Assembly (NCBI GenBank): GCA_038861545.1
Contig: JAWCCZ010000004.1
Location: 96,001-160,000, forward strand
Direction: 5' to 3'
Origin: Thermofilaceae archaeon
GTDB taxonomy: Archaea; Thermoproteota; Thermoprotei; Thermofilales; Thermofilaceae
Length of the DNA: 64,000 bases
How positions within the stretch are numbered: position 1 is the stretch's first letter; each line of letters opens with the position of its first letter. The notes under the pieces were generated by a model. The model ran no database searches, was not told the DNA's origin, and worked only from the letters and a program-made list of their open reading frames with translations. A program made the translations under genes and the position numbers. Positions 49,668 to 59,941 of the stretch are shown here, piece by piece.

Positions 49668-50831
49668 ATGCCAACAGTATTCATAGACAAAGAGAAGCTT
49701 TCCAGCAGGTATGTTCCACCCAAGTTACCGCACAGAGGTCAGCAACTCAGAATCCTTGAAAATATAGTAATAGATGTAATAGGCGGAATGGCTGCCTCTC
49801 GTGTTGCCTTGCTGACAGGTCCCGTTGGAACTGGGAAAACATCTAGTGTCATACTATTGCACAGCTCTTTATGCGATAGATGCTCAGAACACATATTCGC
49901 CTATATGAATATGAGATTTTGCGGGGAAACTCCTTTCACTTTCTTTTCATCTTTCTATGAAAAAGTTACTAATCTGCCAGCTTCGCGGAGTCTAGGGGCC
50001 GGGGAGATCCTAAGAGAAATACTGAAAGCCTTAGAAAAGAGAGGTAAACCAACACTACTTGTGTTAGATGAAGCCGAGCACCACGCTAGAAGCTCTCTTA
50101 GAACAGTTATATATACGCTGACAAGGCTACACGAAGTTGAACAATCCTTGTCCATAGCTGTCCTTTTTATATCCCGAAACCTGGAATGGCTAAAGTTACT
50201 TGATCCAGCTGAACGATCAACATTAGGGAACCTGGTAATCCATTATTCACCCTATTCCACTGAGCAGCTTTATGACATTCTATCCTATAGAGCGTCTGAA
50301 GCTTTTAAGGTTGGAGCGGTCAATGATGAAACATTAAAATGGTTAGCAGAGTATACCCACCTATATATGTGCAGTGACGTACGAAGGGCCTTAGACACGC
50401 TTCTTTATGCGGGGATCTTAGCCGAGCAGGAGAATTATGGAAAAGTTACGAAGGACCATGTAATAACAGCTCTAAGAGGTATGGAAGCCTTCATAGCTCC
50501 AGCCGAGGTAGAGCGTTTAAACGTTCATGAGAAGCTAGTGCTTTACGCTACGCTGAGACTAACAGAACACTCCTCTAAACCCTACGTAAAAATTAGTGAG
50601 TTATGGGATGAATTTAACTTGCTTCTCGAGCAGTTCAGAGTAAGGCAGATTAATTTTAACGAGTTTGAAAACATTGTTCAAAAGCTCAGCGACTTAGGAG
50701 CTTTGCTTAGTGAGGGCCCAGCTAGGATATCTGCATCGTCTACGTTAAATTTAGAATTGATAGAGGCTACTCTTAAATCCGTTCAACAAGAGTATCGAGG
50801 AGAGAGGAGGAGATTCAATGATAATAGCTGA
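49668..50831 (+). CDS. cdc6: Cdc6/Orc1-family AAA+ initiator protein
   Basis: LSSRYVPPKLPHR, GPVGTGKT, LVLDEAE, PYSTEQLYDILSYR, DVRRALD, C-terminal wHTH. Confidence 0.88.
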   Translation: MPTVFIDKEKLSSRYVPPKLPHRGQQLRILENIVIDVIGGMAASRVALLTGPVGTGKTSSVILLHSSLCDRCSEHIFAYMNMRFCGETPFTFFSSFYEKVTNLPASRSLGAGEILREILKALEKRGKPTLLVLDEAEHHARSSLRTVIYTLTRLHEVEQSLSIAVLFISRNLEWLKLLDPAERSTLGNLVIHYSPYSTEQLYDILSYRASEAFKVGAVNDETLKWLAEYTHLYMCSDVRRALDTLLYAGILAEQENYGKVTKDHVITALRGMEAFIAPAEVERLNVHEKLVLYATLRLTEHSSKPYVKISELWDEFNLLLEQFRVRQINFNEFENIVQKLSDLGALLSEGPARISASSTLNLELIEATLKSVQQEYRGERRRFNDNS

Positions 50832-51498
50832 TTACCGGGAAGAAAAAAGCGGAGTCATCGATGAGTTGAAAAAACTGGGAGCGCCCATTAGGCTTGAGCA
50901 TCTAGAAGTAGGAGATTACATAATCGGGACAGAAGTCTGCGTCGAGAGAAAAACATGTAATGACTTAGTTTCCTCTATAATAGATAAACGACTGTTCGAG
51001 CAGATCCACTACATTGCCAGGATTTACGGCAAACCTATACTAGTTGTGGAGGGTGATCTGAATTGGACCATCCAGTACAGGAAAGTCGGTTATCCACAAA
51101 TTTACGGTGCTCTAGCGGCATTGGTTGACATGGGCATTAGTATACTTCGCACCTCCTCGCCTAAAGAAACCGCATACGCAATATACTATTTGTATAGACG
51201 TAAGGCTGAAGATTCTGGGAAAGAATACCTTCCACCGGCTAAAATTCATGTGGTGAAAAGAGCAGAGAGTTTAGAAGTAATACAGCTAAACCTCCTTTCT
51301 ATCCTACCAGGCGTAAGCAGAAAAACGGCGCATCGAATACTAATGTACTTTAAAACTCCGAGGAAGTTCTTTAAAGCCAGTCCCTCTGAGCTCCGAATAA
51401 TTGAGGGACTTGGTAGCTCTCGAATAGCGAAAATTACGGAAGTGCTTGACACGATATACCCTCCCGCTTCCCACAGCTCAGGCGAACAGAATGAATGA
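50818..51498 (+). CDS. xpf: Short (crenarchaeal-type) XPF/ERCC4 nuclease
   Basis: ADYRE, GDY..VERKT..D..S..DKRLFEQ, tandem HhH (LPGVS, IEGLG). Confidence 0.9.
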   Translation: MIIADYREEKSGVIDELKKLGAPIRLEHLEVGDYIIGTEVCVERKTCNDLVSSIIDKRLFEQIHYIARIYGKPILVVEGDLNWTIQYRKVGYPQIYGALAALVDMGISILRTSSPKETAYAIYYLYRRKAEDSGKEYLPPAKIHVVKRAESLEVIQLNLLSILPGVSRKTAHRILMYFKTPRKFFKASPSELRIIEGLGSSRIAKITEVLDTIYPPASHSSGEQNE

Positions 51499-52057
51499 AT
51501 GCAACGCTAATGCGGTTTACGAAACCAGCGAGGATACAGTATTTCTATTGCGAGGGGCCGAGCATTTAATACCTGTGCAAGGGTTAATGTGTGAAATCGG
51601 TTGCGGTAAAGGATTAATTTCAGCAATACTTTCAGAATATGGTGAAATTTTAGCAACTGATGTGAATTTGAGTGCTGCGCGAGAAACGCTAGCTAGGGTT
51701 AGAAGAAATAATGCCACTCTCCATGTAATCTGCTGTGACCGATTGGAACCTATTCGAGAGGGAAGGGTGTTCAGTTTAGCTGTCTTTAACCCCCCTTACC
51801 TACCGGATGAATCTTTCGACCCACGTTGGTACGGTGGTCCTACCGGTGTCGAAGTGCCCTTACTGTTTATAGAATCTATTTTCAAGCGTTTAGCTAATGG
51901 AGGGTTTATACTGTTTCTCCTGAGCAGCCTTTCTGCTTGGAAAACTGCGTTGAAAATGATTGGTGAAAAGGGGCTACGCGTTAGCATAATCAGAACTTTT
52001 AAAATAGGATTATACGAAGACCTATTAATGGTGCTCGCCGCTAAACCGAGCGTTTAA
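51491..52057 (+). CDS. HemK2/Mtq2 release-factor glutamine methyltransferase family
   Basis: VYETSEDT, EIGCGKG, FNPPYLP, W.GG..G. Confidence 0.85.
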   Translation: MNECNANAVYETSEDTVFLLRGAEHLIPVQGLMCEIGCGKGLISAILSEYGEILATDVNLSAARETLARVRRNNATLHVICCDRLEPIREGRVFSLAVFNPPYLPDESFDPRWYGGPTGVEVPLLFIESIFKRLANGGFILFLLSSLSAWKTALKMIGEKGLRVSIIRTFKIGLYEDLLMVLAAKPSV

Positions 52058-55000
52058 TGCCTACTTTAACGGTAAATTCTTCTACCTCCCAATCCTGTAC
52101 TAACTCGCCTTGTACGAGGTACTCATACTCTACAAGCGTTAACTGGCTGATCCTGGCTTCAGTAGCTATGAAGCTCTTCCGCGACTCGAGCATTTCCAGC
52201 GCCTCATATGGCGCGTAAATCGTTACGTTAATGTATTCATCTACAGGCAACCTCATGAGCTTACGCATGAACTGTATCCTTCTTAATACGTCTCTTGCGA
52301 GGCCCTCCGCCCTTTCCTCGGCCCCCATTCTCGTATCTAGGATGATTAGATTTCCATTCATATCTTCGGCTGCAAAGCCTTCTAGCAAAGTTTCCTCAAA
52401 GTTTATCATCTCACTCGTCACTTCATATGTTGCACCATCCTCAGAAATCAGAGCAATTCTGCCCTCGCTTTTTAACCGCTGTTTTAACCGATATGGATCC
52501 AACTTCTCTATGAGTTTGATCACTTTTTGAGATTCAGTCTTGAACACTGGACCTAAAACCCTGTAAACAGGTATTGCCTTAACTCTGAAGAATTGTTGCC
52601 TCTGAGAGAGGGGCAGCGTCTCTACTTTTCTTACGTTTGCCTGAGAGGAGATAACTGCCTCCATCTCCTTTAAAGTTGTAATCAATGATGGATCTTCTGT
52701 AAGCATGTAAAGCGTTGGCAATGGCATTCGCAGCTTAACGCCAGCTTTCATTCTTGCAGCTACAGCCCGCTCAACAATCCTCCTAGCCAGATCCATCCGC
52801 TTCTCCAGTTCATCATTGATTAACTCTAACTTACTTTCTGGCCAAGGTAACATGTGTATACTCTCCGGATCCTTGCTTTGCCTGAATGATTGACGATAAA
52901 CTTCTTCCGCAAAAAAGGGCGTAAAGGGTGCTAGCAGTATTAGGAATTTCCTCAAGGCGTAGTGTAGGACAGCATATGCTGTTAGCTTATTGATGTTGTT
53001 TTCCTCAACCCATACTCTTGGTCGTGTAAGCCTTACATACCACCTACTTACATCCTCTACGATGAAATCTCTTAGAGCCCTTGCAGCCCTATGCAACTCG
53101 TAATTTTCTATCCACTCCGTAACATCGCGAGTTAGCCTTTCAACTTTAGAGAGAAGCCATTTATCCTCTACCCTAAGTATCCCCCCATACTTTTCAAGCG
53201 GATGCTCGATTGGGTTATATCGATCTAGGCCCATGTAAGTTGTCGCGAAAACGAACGTATTCCAAGCAATATTCAAGTCGTCGTAAACTTCAGCTAAGCT
53301 TCTCCATGAGAACTTTAAGTCTTCCCATACCATATTCTTAAGGACGTACCATCTAAACGCATCTCTGCAACTCTTCTCATACTCTAGAACTTGCTGGGGT
53401 GAGACGTAGTTTCCCAAGGATTTATGCATCTCTTTACCCTTTTCATCGAGCGCGAAACCGTGCATAAGCACAGTCTTATATGGTGTGTGACCAAAGGCTA
53501 TTATACCGCACCTGAGCAATGAAAAGAACCAGCCAGCTATCTGATCATGACCCTCAACTATTATATCTGCTAGCCTTAATTCAACTTCCTCCAGCGGATA
53601 ACCCAAAGATGCATAAAAAGAAATCCCCGAGTCAAGCCAAACATCTAGCACGTCTTCAACTCTCCGAGCTATTCCCCCACATCTCGGGCAACTGAATTCT
53701 ATACTATCTACCCACGGTCTATGCAGATCCTTAAGGTCTAGCTTCTTCCCGGTTAACAATTCCAGCTCAGCTAAGCTGCCGACAATAATTTTATGACTAC
53801 AGGAACTACAGACCCATATCGGTGCAGGCGTGCCCCAATACCTCTGCCTTGATATAACCCAATCCCTTAAACCTTCTAACCAGTTTTTGAAACGGGCGTA
53901 GCCAGCCCATTCAGGCACCCACTTAACTTTAGCGGCTTCTTGAAGGAACTTCTCCTTCATGTGAGATACACGTATGTACCACTGTGGTACAGCCCTCAGT
54001 ACTAGAGGAGTCTTACATCTCCAGCACACGGGATACCTGTGAGTTACTTCACCTTCGTGGAAAATCATTCCTTTACCTCTCAGATCACTTATAATCGCGC
54101 CATTGGCTTCCCTCACCGTTTTACCCGCATACTTGCCGGCATCCTCAGTGAAAATCCCCTTCTCGTTAACTGGAACTGTAACTGGGAGACCATACTCTAA
54201 GCCTACTTGAAAATCTTCCTCGCCGTGTCCAGGGGCACAGTGTACAAGTCCTGTACCCTCTTCTCCACTCACATAAGCTTCCGATAGAACTACTTTGTGG
54301 TATGGTTCAAGTTTCTCTTGTACTTTAACTTCATCGGCAAGCGGGTGTAAATACTCTAGATCTTTAAGGTCCTTACCTTCAACTTCACTGACCACTCTGT
54401 AGTAGCCAACCCCAGCCTCGCCCATAACCTCCTCAAGCCTGGAGCGGGAAAGTAGTAGTATGTCTCCGTTAACGTCAACCCAAACATACCTCAGGTTTGG
54501 ATTAGCCATAATAGCGACATTCGCTGGAAGCGTCCACGGCGTTGTGGTCCACACTAATAGGTAACGTCCCGGGTTGTTCTTCACGGGGAACTTCACATAG
54601 ATAGAGGGGTCGGTGAGATCCCTGTACTCGGTTACTTCGTAATCAGCAAGAGTGGTCTCGCACCTTGGACACCAATGGACAACCTTCACTCCGCGCTCCA
54701 GAAGCCCTTCCTCCTCTGCGCGTTTAATCAACCACCAAGCTGATTGCACGTAAGAGGAACTGAGAGTTAGGTAAGGGTCATTCCACGCCATGGAAACCCC
54801 GAACTCTTCGAAATGCCGGGTCATCGAAGACGCGTTACGTAATGCAAAATCCCTGCACCTTTGGACGAATTTATCCACTCCAAAGCTTTCAATGTCTTTC
54901 TTGCTTGTGAAGCCTAGCTCTTGTTCAACCTTGACCTCGATAGGTAATCCGTGACAATCGTAGCCCGGACGGTCAACCACACTATAGCCTCTCGCTCTTT

Positions 55001-55223
55001 TGAACCTAATTATCGCATCCTTTAGTATCTTATTCCACAGAGTCCCCACATGGGGGGTATCCGATGAGGGATAAGGTGGACCATCAAGGAAGTAGAAAAC
55101 CGGCTTATCTTTCGAGTTCTCCCTAATTTTTTCATAAATTCGTTCCTTCCTCCAGAATTCAAGTATCCTGGGTTCAAATTCCTTTGGCTTATACTCTTGA
55201 CTAAGTGGTCTTACGCAATCCAT
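52041..55223 (-). CDS. ileS: Isoleucyl-tRNA synthetase
   Basis: DGPPY..HVGT, WTTTPWTLP, GTGLVH, DWVISRQRYWG, EMHKSLGN. Confidence 0.97.
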   Translation of the reverse strand: MDCVRPLSQEYKPKEFEPRILEFWRKERIYEKIRENSKDKPVFYFLDGPPYPSSDTPHVGTLWNKILKDAIIRFKRARGYSVVDRPGYDCHGLPIEVKVEQELGFTSKKDIESFGVDKFVQRCRDFALRNASSMTRHFEEFGVSMAWNDPYLTLSSSYVQSAWWLIKRAEEEGLLERGVKVVHWCPRCETTLADYEVTEYRDLTDPSIYVKFPVKNNPGRYLLVWTTTPWTLPANVAIMANPNLRYVWVDVNGDILLLSRSRLEEVMGEAGVGYYRVVSEVEGKDLKDLEYLHPLADEVKVQEKLEPYHKVVLSEAYVSGEEGTGLVHCAPGHGEEDFQVGLEYGLPVTVPVNEKGIFTEDAGKYAGKTVREANGAIISDLRGKGMIFHEGEVTHRYPVCWRCKTPLVLRAVPQWYIRVSHMKEKFLQEAAKVKWVPEWAGYARFKNWLEGLRDWVISRQRYWGTPAPIWVCSSCSHKIIVGSLAELELLTGKKLDLKDLHRPWVDSIEFSCPRCGGIARRVEDVLDVWLDSGISFYASLGYPLEEVELRLADIIVEGHDQIAGWFFSLLRCGIIAFGHTPYKTVLMHGFALDEKGKEMHKSLGNYVSPQQVLEYEKSCRDAFRWYVLKNMVWEDLKFSWRSLAEVYDDLNIAWNTFVFATTYMGLDRYNPIEHPLEKYGGILRVEDKWLLSKVERLTRDVTEWIENYELHRAARALRDFIVEDVSRWYVRLTRPRVWVEENNINKLTAYAVLHYALRKFLILLAPFTPFFAEEVYRQSFRQSKDPESIHMLPWPESKLELINDELEKRMDLARRIVERAVAARMKAGVKLRMPLPTLYMLTEDPSLITTLKEMEAVISSQANVRKVETLPLSQRQQFFRVKAIPVYRVLGPVFKTESQKVIKLIEKLDPYRLKQRLKSEGRIALISEDGATYEVTSEMINFEETLLEGFAAEDMNGNLIILDTRMGAEERAEGLARDVLRRIQFMRKLMRLPVDEYINVTIYAPYEALEMLESRKSFIATEARISQLTLVEYEYLVQGELVQDWEVEEFTVKVGIKRSV

Positions 55224-55393
55224 AGCTACACCCCCAGCTATGCTAGAAAAGTTCTCCGGCTCTTTAACCGGATATGCTAGCGGGGATAATATCGTTCACC
55301 GAGCATGTGCTAAATTCACGATATATAAATTTTTACTATTCAACCCTGGGTGTAAAGAAAACTTTAAAGAAGTTAACCCCCTACCGCCAAACT

Positions 55394-55490
55394 GGGCCGG
55401 TAGATCAGGCTGGGAGATCGCCCGCTTCGCAAGCTGTACTATGGCAGTCGAGCACGCGGGAGGTCCCGGGTTCAAGTCCCGGCCGGTCCA
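55394..55490 (+). tRNA. tRNA-Ala(CGC) with 23-nt intron at 37/38
   Basis: G3-U70 acceptor GGGCCGG/CCGGTCC; intron 55432-55454 with BHB (TTCG/CGAG helix). Confidence 0.95.
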
Positions 55491-55534
55491 CTTTTTACTA
55501 GAGCACGGGTTTATAGCAGTGCTTAGAATTTGTT

Positions 55535-56608
55535 GTGATGTCGGTGATGATCGCGGCTGTACATATACCGACTAAAGTTTACCTTGGCTTTGGAGTATCG
55601 AATCTTCTCGGCGCCGAGCTCGTTGCCGCAGGAGTTAAAAATGCTTTGATAATAGCCGATGAGGCTGTAGACGCCAATCTTTTAAATGCTTTAAAGACCC
55701 GTGTTACTTCATTCAATGTATTAGTCTCAGTTCAAAGCTTAAATTTCCCTGAAGTAACTTTAGACAATATAAAGGAGCTGGCCAAGCTGATGGATAGGTG
55801 GGAAGCCGTTATAGCTGTTGGAAAAGGCGTTACTCTAGATTTAGTTAAGTCTGCCGCAGGTAGAAAGGCATCTTTAATTACTATACCCACCCCTCCTGGC
55901 ATAGAAAATGCAATAACGAGAAGCACTCTTCCTCCGATGGGACTCAGGAAAATGAAGACACAGAATGTTTATCCGTATTTAGCACTGCTGGACCCGAATT
56001 TGGCAGTCAGGCTAGACGCCTTTAGCGTAGCCGCATCCATTATCGAGACATTAGCCAACTCGCTAGAAATCTTTGCTAGCCGGAAAACCAATCTTTTCTC
56101 GCTAACCTTGGCCGAAGCCGCCTTAAGGGAAGTAGCATCTGTGAAACTAAGCGGTGAGCGAGTTGAAGAACTTGAAGGGTTACAAGCCTATACTGCAGCT
56201 CTTTACGCAGGTTTAGCCAATGACCAGGTAGGTGGCGCGGCATTAAAGGCATTGACCCATGCATTCTATGCTCTATATGGTTTACCTCCTTACAAAACCC
56301 TTGCTACTCTACTGATCCCTTGGTTGAAAAGACTCCACGAAGTCTCCAGTGAGCAGGGCAGCAGGGTATTTCATCCCAGTTTTACTCCAAGTTTTACTGA
56401 AAACCTCGTAGAATGGATTGAAAAGTTACTCATAGAGTATAACTTCGTAACAACCTTAAGGGAGCTCGGGGTAAAACCCAAGACCCTTGACCTCGTAGTT
56501 GAATACGCATGGACGTATGAGTACTATCTAGTCTTGAACGACGTGACTGTAGCTGACAAGTACTCCCTTAGAGAAATCTTGGAAGCAGCTAGCGGCAAAT
56601 CGGCCTAG
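55535..56608 (+). CDS. Divergent iron-containing alcohol dehydrogenase-fold protein
   Basis: IPTKVYLGFG, AVGKG..D..K, ITIPT, LLDP, LRELGV; canonical metal ligands are altered. Confidence 0.7.
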   Translation: MMSVMIAAVHIPTKVYLGFGVSNLLGAELVAAGVKNALIIADEAVDANLLNALKTRVTSFNVLVSVQSLNFPEVTLDNIKELAKLMDRWEAVIAVGKGVTLDLVKSAAGRKASLITIPTPPGIENAITRSTLPPMGLRKMKTQNVYPYLALLDPNLAVRLDAFSVAASIIETLANSLEIFASRKTNLFSLTLAEAALREVASVKLSGERVEELEGLQAYTAALYAGLANDQVGGAALKALTHAFYALYGLPPYKTLATLLIPWLKRLHEVSSEQGSRVFHPSFTPSFTENLVEWIEKLLIEYNFVTTLRELGVKPKTLDLVVEYAWTYEYYLVLNDVTVADKYSLREILEAASGKSA

Positions 56609-57395
56609 AAGGGTCTCGAACAGTAACTCTATAAAGGACGCACCTGTTGTCAATCTCGCTATAAAAAATACAGTTTCCACAAGTTTTCCTAAGTGTCGAT
56701 TGTACTTGCTTAACTTGTACTTGCGGGCTCCTCGTCTGAGTAGCCTTTTCCAGTTTCAATTCTTCAACATCGAGGGGGGGCTGTGCAATATTAGGCGTTT
56801 TAGAAAGGGTTCTTGCTTCACCGCTAGCTTCAGCGGGAGAATTAGCCGGTGTTGTGGGTAAGGGGGCTGGTTTTCCAGCCTGTTCCGACTTGCCCGGTAA
56901 AACATGTTCTGTCAACTCTATTAGAGCCCCGGTTTTTGCTTCTTCTTTACGCTGTAAGCCGTCTGCCTGCTTGGAAAGTCTCTGCTGCGCCTGAAGAGAA
57001 GGTACTGTTATTGTGAGCTGCACTCTACCATGCTGCCTTGCGGTCGGCGCTGGTTTCGGCTCTCGACGTGTCACCTTAATCCCTTCATATGCCAATGCTT
57101 CCTCTAACTCTTCTTTAGTCGGAACCTTCCCTTGAAGAATAGCTTTACCTTTGTAAACGATAGCCGGGAGGCTTTTAATACCATATTTTCGGAATTCAGC
57201 CGTAGCGATACCTCCAAAAATCTCCTCTAGCTGAGCCACATAGGATGGAAAATCGTTAGGATCTCTTAGTTTATGCCTTACAACCTTTAGCTTTGGTTTA
57301 TTGCCTTTAACCGTAGAAAGGACTTCGTCTAGTATGCTCAACAGCTTCTCATGCTCTGGATTTCTACACATGTATACTCTAAGCTCTCCAACCAC
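56589..57395 (-). CDS. Hypothetical: thioredoxin-like domain + low-complexity linker + 4-Cys C-terminal module
   Basis: YGIKSLPAIV..GKVPTKEEL; C-terminal C-x2-C-x9-C-x14-C. Confidence 0.6.
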   Translation of the reverse strand: MVGELRVYMCRNPEHEKLLSILDEVLSTVKGNKPKLKVVRHKLRDPNDFPSYVAQLEEIFGGIATAEFRKYGIKSLPAIVYKGKAILQGKVPTKEELEEALAYEGIKVTRREPKPAPTARQHGRVQLTITVPSLQAQQRLSKQADGLQRKEEAKTGALIELTEHVLPGKSEQAGKPAPLPTTPANSPAEASGEARTLSKTPNIAQPPLDVEELKLEKATQTRSPQVQVKQVQSTLRKTCGNCIFYSEIDNRCVLYRVTVRDPSRPICR

Positions 57396-57483
57396 AGAAT
57401 TACAATGGCAATGGGGTATTATATATTATCTTTTTAACAGAAAACGATTATAAAAGCAGGCTGGGAAAGATCAGGGAGCAGGC

Positions 57484-58461
57484 TTGAAGTACGTCTTGGG
57501 GGTAGATATAGGCGCGACTTACACTAGAGTGGTTTTAGCAGATAGTGATGCTAATTTCCTTGGTAGGGTTAAGTTTGAAACACCCAAAACGTATGACAGC
57601 TATGCAGTTGCAAGATCCATAATTGAAAATTCTAGAGGATTGTTATATGCACATGGAGTCTCTGAACGAGAATTAATGGGAGTTGGTGTGGGCTCGATAG
57701 GTCCGCTAGATATGAGAAAAGGTATCCTAATTAAACCTGCGAATCTACCGGTTGAAAATGTACTTATAGTCGAACCTATAAAATCTGAATTCGGTGCTCC
57801 GACATACCTTGTTAACGACTGCGTAGCAGCGGTGATAGGTGAGAAGCATTTCGGATTAGGACGCGGCTACGATGACTTGGTCTATGTGACTATTAGTACA
57901 GGTATTGGTGGTGGAGTCTACGCAAACGGGAATCTTCTCCTAGGTAAGGATGGAAACGCCCACGAAATTGGCCATATGGTGGTAGATGAGGAGGGAAAAA
58001 TAATTTGCGGCTGTGGAAAGAAAGGGCACTGGGAAGCTTACTCCTCCGGTAGCGGAATACCTAAGCTTGCCCAGCTTATTGCAGCAAAGGAACAAAGCCG
58101 CTACGAGGACAGTAAACTCTACAGGCTTTCTATGAGCGACCCCTCCTTATCGTCAAAAGACATCTACGATGCAGCCAAATCTGGTGATGCATTTGCTTTG
58201 AAGGTTGTCGAAGAAGCCGGCCGCTACAACGCAATCGGTATAGCAAACGTGGTTAACGTTTATGATCCATCGCTTATAACGGTGGGGGGATCGGTAGCGC
58301 TGAATAACGTTGAGCTCGTTCTGGAACCTATAATTAGGATGACGCCTAATTACGCAATAAATAGAATGCCGCGGATAGAAATCACACCATTGGGTGACGA
58401 CGCAGGGCTTTACGGTGCAGTGGCCCTAGCGCTCGGTCTTGAAAAATACTTCTTAAAGTAA
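57484..58461 (+). CDS. ROK-family sugar kinase (glucokinase)
   Basis: [36 protein letters not shown]. Confidence 0.92.
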   Translation: MKYVLGVDIGATYTRVVLADSDANFLGRVKFETPKTYDSYAVARSIIENSRGLLYAHGVSERELMGVGVGSIGPLDMRKGILIKPANLPVENVLIVEPIKSEFGAPTYLVNDCVAAVIGEKHFGLGRGYDDLVYVTISTGIGGGVYANGNLLLGKDGNAHEIGHMVVDEEGKIICGCGKKGHWEAYSSGSGIPKLAQLIAAKEQSRYEDSKLYRLSMSDPSLSSKDIYDAAKSGDAFALKVVEEAGRYNAIGIANVVNVYDPSLITVGGSVALNNVELVLEPIIRMTPNYAINRMPRIEITPLGDDAGLYGAVALALGLEKYFLK

Positions 58462-59871
58462 TCTCCAGGTAGTTTCTCCCCCTCGATCATGCAACCTTAT
58501 ACCAAGCTTCATTAACTGCTCCCTAATCCAATCAGCAAACATGTAATCTCCAGCAAACCTTAACTTTTTCCTGATCTCGATAACCAGCTCGATTAATTTC
58601 TCAACAGGTATCTGTGGACTTTCAGCGAAGCACCTGTCTAATACACCTAGCACTCTGTTAAATTCTTCGAATAAGGTATAAGTTTTCAACGCCACAACGA
58701 CCTCTATTTGGTTTCTCTCAAGACTGGAGAAAACCAGACTGGAGAGTTCATACACATAGCTGAAAGCCTTGCTTGTGTTAAAATCGTCCTGCATTGCCGC
58801 ATGAAAGCCAGCCCTAATCTTGAGCAACCTAGCTAGTTCCTGTTTTCCAGAAGCACTTAACTTGAAATCATAATCCTCTTTCCTTAAAGCGTCGCGGAGG
58901 GACTGAACAGCGTTGACTAACCTCTCATAGTTCTTTTGTGCTTGGTGCAACGTATCTTCAGAGAAATCGACTATACTCCTATAATGAACTGTAGCTAACC
59001 AAAGCCTAACAATTTCCGGTTCCCATTTCGTGAAAACTTCTTTAAGAGTAACTATGTTCCCTAAGCTTTTAGACATCTTCTCCCCTTTTACGTTAAGCAT
59101 TCCTGTGTGTAACCAATACCTGACCCATGGTCTACGGTTAAACGCCGCCTCGCTTTGAGCTCTCTCGTTTTCGTGATGCGGAAATACGAGGTCGCTGCCT
59201 CCACCGTGTATGTCAAAAGATTCTCCTAAGTATAGACTTGACATCGCGCTGCATTCTATATGCCACCCTGGTCTACCAGGACCCCATGGACTTTCCCACC
59301 ACGGCTCATTGGGTTTCGCCGCTTTCCAAAGCGCAAAATCGTAAGGGTTCCTCTTCTCCTTGGCAAATTCTTGCTCCTGTCCCCATTCCTCCTTTAACAG
59401 CTTTCCACTTAGTTTCCCATAATCATCATAACAGTCAACATTGAAGTAAACGCTGCCGCTCGGCGCTACATAGGCATAACCCTTCTCGATAAGTGTACTA
59501 ACGAAGTTTATAATCTCGGATATATGTTCAGTTACTCGTGGATGAATATCGACTTTTATTTTAAGTTTTGATAAAGCTTCCAAGTAATCTTTTGTGTAGT
59601 AATCAGCTATCTCCCTCCAATCCCTGCCTTCATCCCTAGACCGACGAATAATTTTATCGTCTATATCCGTGATATTTTGGGTATGAAATACATCGAAACC
59701 TAACAATTTTAAGTATCGTTTCACTACATCGAAAGCAACATACGTGCGGGCGTGTCCAAGATGCGTAAAGTCATAAACAGTGGGACCGCAGACATACATT
59801 GAAACACTGTCAGGTTTAACCGGTTCGAAAGGCTCAATTTTTTTGCTCAAAGTATTATAAATCCGTAACAC
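58453..59871 (-). CDS. cysS: Cysteinyl-tRNA synthetase
   Basis: [37 protein letters not shown]. Confidence 0.97.
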   Translation of the reverse strand: MLRIYNTLSKKIEPFEPVKPDSVSMYVCGPTVYDFTHLGHARTYVAFDVVKRYLKLLGFDVFHTQNITDIDDKIIRRSRDEGRDWREIADYYTKDYLEALSKLKIKVDIHPRVTEHISEIINFVSTLIEKGYAYVAPSGSVYFNVDCYDDYGKLSGKLLKEEWGQEQEFAKEKRNPYDFALWKAAKPNEPWWESPWGPGRPGWHIECSAMSSLYLGESFDIHGGGSDLVFPHHENERAQSEAAFNRRPWVRYWLHTGMLNVKGEKMSKSLGNIVTLKEVFTKWEPEIVRLWLATVHYRSIVDFSEDTLHQAQKNYERLVNAVQSLRDALRKEDYDFKLSASGKQELARLLKIRAGFHAAMQDDFNTSKAFSYVYELSSLVFSSLERNQIEVVVALKTYTLFEEFNRVLGVLDRCFAESPQIPVEKLIELVIEIRKKLRFAGDYMFADWIREQLMKLGIRLHDRGGETTWRLL

Positions 59872-59941
59872 AAAGCTCTGCCACCAGCCGTCACGGATTC
59901 TAGCTATTTAAATTTCTTACTATTCATTACATTACAAGCGG

